DNA from: Isurus oxyrinchus
Taxonomy: Eukaryota
Length of the DNA: 64,000 bases
NCBI GenBank assembly: GCA_026770705.1
Contig: JANJGN010000036.1
Location: 1,488,001-1,552,000 of the forward strand
Direction of reading: 5' to 3'
Shown here in pieces: positions 26,381 through 38,610 of this stretch. The first letter of the stretch is position 1, and every line of letters starts with the position of its first letter. Made by a program: the position numbers and the translations under genes. Below the pieces are notes generated by a model. That model had not been told where the DNA came from and did not search any database. It saw nothing but the letters and a program-made list of their open reading frames with translations.

Positions 26381-28589
26381 GAATGATTGGTTCAAATCAC
26401 GAACCGTTGAAAATATAATTTTACTTGTGATGTGCTGAAGTGCAGGTTGCACAGGCTGATTCATGGAATGTGTGGTGTGAGCTGTTAGCCAGCTTTATCC
26501 AGAAGATGATATTTAATTGCTCTTTGGAACTAATTGATGTTCTCTTAGCCTTGACAAAAATGGAAAGTGTCTCCCAAGTCTCTTTTGACCCTCACTGTTT
26601 GCAGCTTTTCACCATTTATAATGTAATCTGTTCCATCCTTTTTAAAGTGAGCGGCCACACAGTTGCCTACAATGAAATCCATCTTTCACTATTTCACCCA
26701 TTTACTTAAGGCGTTCATATCTCATTGGATTTGCAGCTTCCAACTACAATGATGTCAATGTTGCATCTTTTTGTGCCATTTAGCAAACTTTTGGCATTCT
26801 ATCGCATTATCTTAAATCATTCATAAAAACAGAGAAACTGAGACACACACAGGAGCTTTCAACAGCAGACGGAATGTAACTCATTCCATCCAGAGGTTTT
26901 TAATTCTAGATTCAATTTTAGAAAATTCATAATTCAAATTCGCAACATCCGGGATTGGAAGCTTCTGCTTTCTGAATCATTAGCCCAGGTTCACAGAATA
27001 AAACATCAAACTGACATTCTGGAGCAGGAGAGGGCCCCACAACTTCAATTCTGTGATTCTCTGGTATCTCGTGATCTGTGTCTTACAATATATCTGCCCC
27101 CATCATATCTCTGAAGACTAGAAAAGTTATTCAGACATTGGGGAACCTTTTAATTCTCTCAGAACATTTACTGTGAACAACTTCTGAAGCGTTTCATTGT
27201 CTCAGGATATTTACAATAAACGGTTATGCAAAGCGCATCATTAAAATTCACTCTTTAATCAACCAAAACCTGATTGCCCTTTCAGACTCCCTGGACGGAC
27301 ATCCTATTGCTTCAAAGATAACTCATCTTTCACAATGTAGTACTGCGCGAATGCATACACTTTCTGCACACATTTCCACAATACTAAGGCTCAGACTTAA
27401 CATTGTGAAATTTTCAAGACAATATTCATCAACAGACAGGTTTCCAGCTCCAAATGGAAGCCTTTAGATACAGAAAGTGACACAGAAATGAAAAATCCGA
27501 TGTATCTGTTTCTGCATCCGTTATCGGACAGCATGGCTTTAGTAAGAGGGTAAAGCTCGCAAAACACTAGAGTTATGAGATTAAAAAGTGTCATTCTACT
27601 TTGAATACGAGTTCAAATTAAAAACAGTGCTCAAATTAAAAGTTCGTCAGCTGGAGACAAGGGTAAAGCTGCAAATATGTTTCAACATGCCTCGGTGTAA
27701 AAAAATATTATCCTGTGACATAACCTTTTCCCATCTTTAAAATGGAGGGAGATCCCTTCTCCATCTTTTAAATGAAGGGTGATCCCTTCTTCGTCTTTAA
27801 AATGGAGGGAGATCCCGTCCCCGTCTTTAAAATGTTTCCCTGCATATTAAATGTGACAACATTTGCAACATTTCCAAAATCTAACACACATTGCTATCTC
27901 GTTTGTGTGAATGTAGCTGTGAAGAGGTTTACAATTTTAAACACCAGACAGAGATACAGCGAGAGAGATACAGTCCACGAGGGTGAGCAGGTGAATGAGA
28001 GCTAGTGAAGAGACGATATTTGGATTTTCAAGAATGATTCCATAAATCTCCACAGGAAAAGGACTCATGCTTTGACAACTTGATCAAATCATCCCTGATG
28101 CTGCTAGATTTTAGGGAATAGAACCCGAGTTTGTGCATCTCACTTTGTAATTTCACTCTTGCAATACAGGTCTCAATCTGGCAAAGCTACGATGCAGTCA
28201 AACACTCTAAACTGTTCCTGGATGGATAAGCACCACGAAGCTATCAGAGAATCAGAACAGGCCAGGGAGAATCAAACAAGGAAACTCATGTTCAAATTGT
28301 GAGCCCTGCTTTGGGGAATGCTTTCGTGTTGGGTGAAAATGTTGCCATCAAATACTCCCAGAGATCATTCAGCACAAGGTTTAATATAAACTAAATCTCC
28401 GTCTGCATTGTCCCCATCAAACACTCCCAGGACAGGCACAACACAGGTTGAGATACAAATTATATCTCCCTCAGCACTGTTCCCATCAAACACTGCAGGA
28501 GAGCTACAGCACGGGGTTTGATACAGGGTAAATCTCCCTCTACACTGTCCCCCGAAAGAGACATCAGTGACCGGACAGCATCGATTATT

Positions 28590-29215
28590 ATTAGGGACAG
28601 AGAACACCAATGCAAGGAGGTTATGTTGAGCTTCTTTGAGCCACGAGTTAGGCCTCAGCTCGATTAATGTGTCCTGTTCTGGGTACCACACTTTAGGAAG
28701 TGCGTGAAGTCACTGGGCAGAGTGCAGAAAAGTTTCCCGAGCATGGTTCCAGGGATGAGTAACTTCAGTTACAGAGATAGATTGGAGAAGTTGGGGCTGT
28801 TTTCCTTGGGGAAAAGATGGATGAGTGGAGATTTGATAGAGGTATACAAGATACTGGTGGTGGGGTTTTTGTCACACACTGGTTAGTGTCCCTTCCGCTG
28901 AGCCAGCAGCTCTGGGTTCAAGTCCCACTCCAGGGCATGATGGCCGTGGGAGATGTGTTCATAACATGGCCAGACAGGTTGATTATCAGCCCGGAAATTG
29001 TTCCAATATGTCTGATGGCAGGCAGTAAGATTGGGAGAGTCTGCTGATCAGCCAGAACCTGCAGAAGGCAATGGCAAACCAGTGCAGCACCTTGTCAAGC
29101 ATAACCATGAAGCAAGACATGGAGGTCCAAGGACATCTTCGGACCTGATACCTGAAGAGAGAGAGTTTCGCTATCATGAGGGGTGTGGACGGAGTTGATA
29201 TGGAGAAACTATCTG
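28590..29215 (+). mobile_element. CR1 LINE fragment interrupted by a SINE
   Basis: RVQKSFPSMVPGMSNFSYRDRLEKLGLFSLGKRWMSGDLIEVYKI; the LINE resumes at ~29173 (ATCATGAGGGGTGTGGAC). Confidence 0.8.
28853..29170 (+). mobile_element. tRNA-derived SINE with RTE-like tail
   Basis: A-box-like TGGTTAGTGTCC, B box GGTTCAAGTCC at 28915-28925, and 3' GAAGGCAATGGCAAACCAG motif. Confidence 0.65.
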
Positions 29216-32200
29216 TGTGTATTGAGTAAGACAACATATGCAGCATTTGGTAAGGAAATATAGACAGCAAAATATATTGTATGAATACAGCCTTGAAATA
29301 TCCAGCCAACAGACACATACGCACTCAGGTATATAAATAGAGACAGACAGACGCACACACACAGGAGGGAATAATTCCCATACGTCACATATCTGTTACG
29401 CTTCCTCAGGTCTGGGAATGAAAACTCTCCTCAGTATTCCAGGTTGGTCTCAGCAAAACACTTGCAGCAAGACGTCGTTACTCTTGTATTCCAATCCCTT
29501 TGCAATAACAGCCAACACTTCATTTACCTTCCTCCTGATTAGCTGTTCCTGCATGTTAACTTTCTGCGTGATTTCTGTACAAGGACATCCAAATCCCTCA
29601 GAAGATAAATATATAAAGAAGTATCTGCTAGGGAGGTGTCTAAAGATTCAATAGGATCCTTCAAAAGGAGAATAGGATAAATCATTGAATGAGAATAATA
29701 TGCAATATTAACGGGGAAAGATTGTGGCAGTAAGACTAAAGGGATTCCTCCTCAAAACCGCTAGCATATCTGGTTGGGCCGTATAGCCGCCTCCAGTGCA
29801 GGACTATTCTATAATTCGATCGGTGACCCTTTTCCAATCACTTTTATTTACATTTACACATACTTGCTTCAGGTACAGTTTGTGAATTAAAAAACCCTGT
29901 TTTTCACGTATCCACTCAGCCTTTTCCCTCTGCTCTCTCCAGACGGAATTAACTACATGGCAGCAAGAAACAAACACGAAACATGGATTTCAGGAGAGAA
30001 AACTTTCACCTGATGTTCTTCTCGGTGGATTCCCTGACCCCGGAGATGGCATTGCAGGTTTACAGAAAGTAACAACTCACGAATATAAGGCACAGAATTG
30101 GAATAAAATAGATACACGAAAGATGAAAACTTTCTGTTAGTCAGCTGATTTCAGAAAAGAGAGACAGACAGACACAGAGTCAGAGAGACACAAAAGCAGG
30201 ATGAGATTGTGTTGTACATGTTTCAGAGCTGACACTGAGACACACGAGATGTACAGGAGCTGATGGGATTGAATCATTCTCTTTTAGCTGAAGTTTACTG
30301 GGAATGAACAGATGTTGGCACTGAGGCACCCAAAGCAATAGCTTGCATTTAGGTAGCGCCTCGATTGGAACTGTCTGAAGATGCTTCACAGGACCCTTAT
30401 CATGAAACATTTAACTGGGAAGCACAGGAGAGTTTAGGGCCACGTGCCCAAAAGTAAAGTCCAAGGGGTTGGTTTCAGGAAGTGTCTTAATGGAGGAAGG
30501 GAGGTATTGAGACGGTGAGGTTTAGGGATGGAAATCCACAGTTAGAGCCCGGGCAGTTGAAGGCATGGTCGCAAATGGTGAAATGAATTACAGACATTCA
30601 GGAAGCCAGAATTTAAGGAATACTAATATCGGAGGATGATGGTATTGGAGGAGACAGGTAGGAGTCTTTTACAGAAATCTGTTCAAAACATCTAGCAACC
30701 TTTGTGTAATGAAATATTTCTTACTGTCAATCTTGAAAAGGATTCAGACTATTGTTAAATTTTTACACTATGATCCTAGTCCGAGACTCCAATACCTGCA
30801 AGAAGCGTTTCTATCTATCCAACCTATCAGTTCCCATTATGCTGCTGAAAAGTTTGATCAATTCGCCCCTGATCCTTCGAAATTCCAGGGAATACAAACC
30901 TCATTTGTGTTAATAAACCTCTTTGTAATTTAACCCTCACTGTCCAGGTATCATTCTGATAAATCTACATTGACACAAATGGACAGGGATTTTCCAAGTC
31001 TCTTTGGACCCCCACTGTTTCCAGCTTCTCACCATTGATAAAGTAATTTCTTCTAATCCATGTTTCTCTATTTTTTCCAATTAACTTAAGACATTCATAT
31101 CTCTTTGTCATTTGAAGCTTCCAGCTACAATGCTGACAATGCTGCCTCTTTATGTGCACTTTGGCAAACTTGTGGCATTCTATCCAGTTATCTTAAATCG
31201 TTTATAAATACAGGGAAACTGAAGCACACACGGGCATGCAGCAGCAGACAGAATGAGAATCATTCCATCCTGGAGCTTTATTCATTCCAGATTCAATTTT
31301 AGAAAATTCAGTATTGAAAATCACAACAGCAAAATGTGGGATTGGAACGTGATGCTTTCTAAATCACTAGCCCAGATTTACAGATTAAGCTATAAATAGT
31401 CACGTTCTGAAATAGAAGAGGGCCTCACAACTTCAATTCAGTGATTCTCTGACATTGCATGTTTTGTAAATTACAATCTCTCTGCCTGCTTCATGTGTCC
31501 GAAGATTTGGAAAGTCATTCAGAAATTGGGAAACCATTTCATTCTTTCGGGACATTTCCTGTGTACAGCTTCTGCAAAGAGACACAATTCACAGCTTCTG
31601 AAATCAACTAAACCCGGTATCTCCATTCCAACACCCTTCTGTCTGTCTAAAGAGAACTCACAATTCCACTATGCAGGACTGTCAGCTTTTGTCGCCTTCC
31701 CAAATACCATTGTTAACAGTTTCTCATGGATGACAGAAGTAGCTTCAACTGTTAGATTTTGAGCTCCAAATTGAATCTTTAAGATATAAAAATAAAATTG
31801 AAACCCAGATCTCTCTCCACCCATTTAAAGCTGGTCCCATTTAGATTATACAGCCTCTCCTCAGCCTTTCTTCCAAAATGCATCACTTCACATTTCTCAG
31901 CATTGAAGTTAACTGTCATGTGTCTGTTTCATTTCAATCTCCTCTGCACCCCCTCACGAATCCAAATGTTGGAGATGTATAAAATGGTCAGGGGCTTAGA
32001 TAGACTGGATGGCAATGGCCATTTCCCCTGGCAGCGAGGTCAATAACAATAGATTGAATGTAAATGGTGGCAGGATGAGAAGGGAATTGGGGAGTAATAT
32101 TTTCACCCAGAGGCTGGTGGGGAACTGGGACTCACTGTCTGAAAGGGTGGGAGAGGTAGAAACGCTCATCATATTTAAAACATTGGAATATGCATTGCAG

Positions 32201-32954
32201 GAATAACTTCTCCATGTCTAAAAGTTCCCATCACACTCTCCCAGCGAGGGTACAGCACAGGTTTAGATACTGAATAAATGTCAAACTACACTGTCCCCAT
32301 GAAACACTCCCAGGACAGGTACAGCATGGGGTTAAATACAGAGCAAAGCTCCATTTAAACTGTCCCCATCAAACACTCCCAGAGGTGATCCAACACGAGG
32401 TTAGATACAGAATAAAGCTCCATCTACACTGTCCCATTAAACATTCCCAGGCAGGAGGGTGATACCTTCTCTATCTTTAAAATGGAGGGACATGTCTTCC
32501 CCATATTTGAAATGGAGGGAGATCCCATCTCCATCTTCAAAATGGAGGGAGATCCCTTCTCCAGCTTTAAAATGGAGGGAGAGCCCTTCTTTATCTTTAA
32601 AATGGAGGGGGATCTCTTCTGCATCTTTGAAATCGTGGGAGATCCCTTCTTCATCTTTAAAATGGTGGGAGATCCTTTCTCCAACTGTAAATGGAGGCAA
32701 GTCCATTCCCTAACTTGTGCTTTGAAAATACTGGAAAATACAATGGAGAAAAGAGGAAAGCTTATTTGAGAAATGAAGAGAACCTGCGTGTGTATCACAT
32801 GATGGTCACCTCACAGAAGGAGGCCATTCAGCCAATCGAGCTGTTGACTCTCTGCAAATGCAGTTTCATTGGTTGCACTGGTCTGCCCTTTCCCCATAAC
32901 CCTTTAAATATTTTCCTTTCAGCCTCACATTGAAATCTGGTTCAAAAAAACTGG

Positions 32955-35900
32955 GGAAGAGAGAGAATGAGAAAGAGAGAGAGAGAGAGAGAAAGGATAG
33001 ACATAGAGAGGGAAAAAGCGACTGAGGGACTGGGCTAGAGAGAGTCAGAGAAAAGGTGGAAGAGGGAAGGACAGAGAGCAACCGAGAGATGGGGTACGAG
33101 AGAGAGGGAGGGAGAAATGGGGAGAAAGAGAGACAGCGTGAGACAGAGACAGGGTTGGAGAGGGTGAGAGATGTGGCAAAAGAGAGAGGGGCAGTGAGAC
33201 GGGGCGAGCCAGAGTGGTAATGAGACGGGGCGAGGGAGGGAGACTCGAGAGAGAGAGGGACAGAGAACAACAGACAGACGGGGTGCGAAAGGCGCAGAGG
33301 CAGGTGAAAGGGATACAAAGTGAGACCGATAGAGATTGCCACAGAGAGAGAGGTTGCAAGAGAGAGAGAGAAAGACAGTGAGAGACGGAGAGAGAGAGTG
33401 TGTGAGGGACAGGGAGCAACACAAAGACGAGGCGAGAGAAAGGGAGAGACAGTGTGAGAGAGAGGGGTAGAGATGGGGTGAAAGAGAGAGAGAGAGAGAG
33501 AGAAAGACGGGGTGAGAAAGAGAGAGCCAAAGAAATGAGATGAGGGAGAGAGATGCAAAGAGATGTGAGCAAGTGAAAGATGAAGAGATGGGGTGAGAGA
33601 GAGAAAAACATTGAACTGGGGAATAGAGGGAGTAACTTAGAGAAAGGTAGGTCAAGGAGGAGGCATGGAAAGAGAGAGCAACAGAGGGATGTGGTGAGGA
33701 AGAGAAACAGTTTGGAAGAGAGAAGGACAGAGAAGAACAGAGAAATTGGGTGCGGGAGAGAGGACGAGGAATGGGGTGAAAGAGAGACAGAGAGAGACAG
33801 GGTGAGAGAGAGTGAGAGAGACGGCAAGAGAGAGAGAGGTGGGCTGCATGGGAGAGAGACGTGGCACTATAGAGATAGAGTGAGACCGACAGAGGCTGCA
33901 ACATAGAGACGGGTTGCAACGGAGACAGAGAGACAGATTGAGACAGAGAGTGTGACAGAGAGACGTGGTGCACGAGAGAGAGATCAAGTGACAGACAGTG
34001 AAGCCGAGATGGTCGATAGAGAGAGGGAGGGGTGAGAGAGAAAGCAGGTCAGAGAAATGGGGTGAGAAAGAGACAGGAAGAAAGGGGAGTGAGTGAATGA
34101 TAAAGAGGTGGGGTGAGAGAGAGTAAAACAGTGAGATGGGATGAGAGAGACAGGGAGATGGGGTGAGAATGACAGAGAGATGGGCCGAGATAGAGTGTGA
34201 AAGAGACAGAGCTTGATTGAGAGACAGGGAGACTGAGCAAGAGAGAAAAGGAAGTGAGGTGAGAGCGTTTTATGCAACAGAGAGTGAGATAGGTTGAGAA
34301 AGAGAAAAAGTTCTGGGTTGACAGAGGAAGACACAGGTGGGTAAGAGCGAGAAAGGGACAGCGTGTGAGAGAGAGAGCGAGGCAGAGTGATAGGTTGAGA
34401 GGGGAAAAAGAGATGGGGTGAGAACGAGAGTCAGAGCAATGGGACAATTGAAGGCAAAGGAAGTAGGGACAGAAAGAAAGAGAAAGAGATGTGTAAGTGG
34501 AGCAAGACAGGGAATGGAAGGAGATCAATTCCACATCTTTAAAATGGAGGGAGATCCCTGCACTCTCTTTAAAATTGATGGGATCCCTCCTCCCTCTACA
34601 AAATGGAGGGGGATCACTTCTCCACCTTTAAAATGAAGTTAGATCGCTTTCCCACCTTTTAAATGGAGGGAGATCCCTTCTCCATCTTAAGAATGGAGAG
34701 AGATCCTTTCCCCATCTTTGAATTGGAGGAATGTCACTCCTCACTCTGCAAAAGAGAGAGGGACCACTTCTCCATCTTTAAACTGGAGGGAAATCTCTTC
34801 TTTTTTAAAATGGAGGGGTCCTGCTCTCCCCCTTTAAAATGGAGGGAGATCCCTACTCCATCTTTAAAATTGAAGGAGACACCTCTCCATCTTTAAAATG
34901 TAGGGAGATCCCTGCTACATCCTTAAAGTGGAAGGAGATCCCTTCTCCATCCTTAAAGTGGAGGGAGATGACTTATCCATCCATAAAATGGAGGGAGATC
35001 CCTTCCCCAACTTGTGACGTGTAACTGCAGGAACCTACAATGGAGGAAAGATTAAAGCTTATTTGAGAATGAAAACATAACCTGTGTGTGTAGCACAGAA
35101 CGGTTACAGCACCGGAGGAGGCCATTCAGCCTTTCGAGCTACTGTCGACTCTCTGCCAGTGCAGTTTTGCTTCCCACACTTCTCCATCCTTCCCCAGTAA
35201 CCCTGCAAAAATTTTCCCCTCAGCCTCACATCCAATTTGTGCTCAAAAAATATGGGATGAGAGAGAGGGACAGAGAGAGAGGGAGCAAGACAGAATGAGA
35301 GAGAGAGAGACAATATCAAACAGAGAGGTAGAGAGAAAGGGAGAGAGCGAAAGAGTGAGAGGGAAAGGGAGAGAGAGAGAGAGAGAAAGAGATCTGGACA
35401 GAGCAAGAGAGAGGAAACGAGAGACAAAGACAAAGAGAGGGAGACAGTGAGAGAGAGACAGAAACCGGGTAAGAGAGAGGGACGGAGAGGGAGAGAGATT
35501 CAGAGTGTGGGAGAGAGGGAGACAGAACAATAGAGAGACAGGATAAGAGAGAGCATCACAGGGCAAGGGAAAAAGACAGGGAGCGACAGAGAGATGGGGC
35601 TGAGAGTGAAAGAGAGACGAGGCAAGAGGGAGAGGGCACGAGGGTTACAGAGGCCTGAGGTGAGAGAGACAGAGTGAGAGAGAAGGACAGAGAGCAACAG
35701 GGAGCCAGGGTAAGGGAGAGATGGGGCGATAGAGAGAGTGGGACAGAGGGCGAGAGAGAGACGGGGTGAGAATGAGGGATTGACAAACGGTTTGAGAAAT
35801 GATCTCCATCCTCTCTCACCATCAATCTCTCATCCAAAAATAGAGAGAGCATCAGGAAAGAGAGAGCGTGAGAGGGGCAGAGAGAGTGTGGGGGTGTGGC

Positions 35901-37038
35901 TGAGAGAGAGTGTGGAGGAGGCAGAGAGAGTGTGGGGGGTCAGAGAGAGTGTGAGGGACAGAGAGTGTGAGGGGGAGGTGGGAGAGTGAGTTTGGGGGGT
36001 AAGGGAGAGCGTGGGAGGGTAGAGATAGTGTGGGGGTGGGTGGGAGAGAGAGCGTGGGGGTCAGAGAGAGTGAGGGGGTGGGTGCGAGAGAGATTGTGGT
36101 GGGGTCAGAGAGAGTGTGGGCCACAGAGAGAGTGTGGGAGTGCAGAGAGAGTGTGGGGTGGCGAGAGAGTGTGAGAAATTTTGTTTGAGAGGGTTTGGAT
36201 GTTAGGGGAATTGTGTGTGAGAGGGATTGTGTGAGAGTGAGAGCATGTGTTGGTGAGAGCGAGAGAGAGATTGTGTGTGAGAGACTGTATGTGAGAGATT
36301 GCAGGAGTGAATTTGAGAGTGGGAGAGTGTGTGAGTTTGTGTATCAGAACGTATGCGTGTGTAAGAGTTTGTGTGCGTGTGTGTGAGACAGAGAGGGAGA
36401 GAGAATGCGTGTGTGCGTGTGTGAGGGAGAGAGAGAGAATGTGTGTGTGTGAGTGTGTAGGGAGAGAGAGAATGTATGTGTGAGTGTGTAGTGAGAGTTA
36501 GAAAATGTGTGTGTGTGAAAGAGAGAAATATGTGTGAGTGTGACTGTGTGTGTGAGGGTATGTGTTTTGTGTGTATGTGAGAGACAATGTATGCGTGTGT
36601 GCCTGAGAGGCTGTTTGTGTGTATGTGTGTGTGTCTGCGTGTATGAGAAAGAATGTATCTGTCTGAGTATGTGTACGTGTGTGTGATAGAGAATCTGTGT
36701 TTGTGAGAGAGAGAATTGCATGTGCGTGAAATAGAGAATATATCTGTGTGAGCATGTCTGTCTGTGAGAGGGTATGTGTGTGTGTCTGCGTGTATCAGAA
36801 AGAATACACCTGTGTGTGTGTTTGTGAGAGAGTCTGCATGTGTGAGTGTGATAGAGATAATGCGTGTGTATATGTATGTGAGGGAGAATATATCTATCTG
36901 TGATTGTGACTGTGAGTGTGACTGTGTGTGTGTGTCTATGTATGAGAAAGATTACATCTATGTGGGTGTGTTTGTGTTAGAGTCAGAATATGTGTGTTGA
37001 TGTGTGTGAGAACGAATATATCTCTGTGAGTGTGCCTT

Positions 37039-37095
<57 letters not shown>

Positions 37096-38473
37096 CTATG
37101 TATCAGAAAGAGTACATCTGCCAGTGTGTGTTTGTGTGCATGAGAAAGAGTATACCTGTGTGTCTGTGTTTGTGTGAGGGAGAAAATGCGTGTGTTTGTG
37201 TGTGTGGAAAAGAATCTATCTGTGTGTGAATGTGTGTGTGTCTGAGGTTGTGTATGTGTGTGTCTGCGTGTATGAAAAATAATATATCTGTGCGAGTGTA
37301 TGTGTGAGGGAGAGAGAATGGGTCTGACTGTGTCTGAGAAAAAGAGAGAATGTGCGTGAGGGAGAAAACATCTGTGAGCGAGACTGTGTATGTGAGGGTA
37401 TGTGTTTGTGTTCATGAGAGATAGAGAGAGAGAAAATTGGTGTCAGTAAGAGAGAGTATATGTGTCCGTTTGAGTGTGACAGTGTGTGAGTTTGTGTGTT
37501 GTATGTGTCTGTGTGAAAGAGAGAGAGAGAGACAATGTTCTTGTATGTGTCCAAGGAGGAGAATTTATCTGTGTGAGTGTGACTGTCTGTATGTGATGGC
37601 ATGTCTGTGTGTGTGCCGGTGTGTGAGAAAGAATATATCTGTATGTGTCTCTGTGTGTGAGAGAGAAAATACATCCGTGTGAGTATGCCCGCATGTGTGT
37701 GAGAGAGAGAATATGTGGGTGTGTGCGTTGTGTGCATGTCTGTGTGTGTTTGTGTGTGACTGTGTGTGTGTACGTGTGTGAAATAGAAAATGTGAGAGAG
37801 AGAAAATATCTGTCTGAGTGTGACTGTGTGCGTGTGTGTGTTTCTGTGCGAGTGAGAGAGAGAATGTGTGTGCATGTGTGCGTGTTTGCCGGTGTATGAG
37901 AAAAAATATACCTGTGAGGGTCTCTGTGTGTGAGAGAGAAAATATATATCTGTGTGTGTATGCCCACATTTGAGAGAGAGAGAGAATATATGTGTGTGCG
38001 TGCACTTGAATGTCTGTATGTGTGTTTGTTTGTGTGTTTGCATGTGTGAGAGAGAAAATGTGTGTGAGAAAGAGAGTATGCCTGTGTGAGCATGACTGTG
38101 TTTGTGTGTGTGAGAGTGGGAGAGAGTATGTGCGTGACTGTGCGTGTGTGTGAGTGACTGCATGTTTGTGAATGTGTTTGTGTTTGTGCTGGAGGGAGAG
38201 AGAATTGGTGTTTTTTAAGACAGAGAATGTGTGTGCATGTGAGAGAGAATGTATGTATCTGTGTGAGTGTGACTGTATGTGTGTGTGTGCGTGTGTGTGT
38301 GCATAAGTATGAAAAAGATTATGTCTTTGTGAGTGTGTGGAAGAGGGAGTGTGTGTGTGCATGAAAAATAATATATCTTTCTGGTGTTTTTTGGGTGGGG
38401 GAACGTGTATGTGTTTGCGTGCATGTGAAATAGAAAATCTACCTGTGTGAGTGTGACTGTGTGTGAGAGGCTA

Positions 38474-38505
<32 letters not shown>

Positions 38506-38610
38506 CTTGTCTGCGTGTATTAGATAAAATATATCTGTCTGAGTATGTGTGCGTGTGAGAGAGGGACTGTGTGTGTTTATGTGTGAATATATCTGTGAGC
38601 ATGACTGTCT
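32955..38610. repeat. Long GA-rich then GT-rich low-complexity tract
   Basis: Degenerate (GA)n 32955-36180, interrupted by the minisatellite, and (GT)n 36200-38610. Similar GA tracts at 1-230, 14345-15090 and 24820-25230. Confidence 0.95.
34510..35010. repeat. Largest array of the 30-bp minisatellite
   Basis: About 16 units; produces the MEGDPFSIFK repeat ORFs. Confidence 0.9.

Noticed and set aside
29943-30107. Strong acceptor followed by GINYMAARNKHETWISGEKTFT* and AATAAA
   Set aside because: No upstream partner exons or recognisable homology.
32866-38424. Long S/L-rich and H/T-rich ORFs of up to 315 aa
   Set aside because: They are translations of GA/CT and GT/CA low-complexity DNA.
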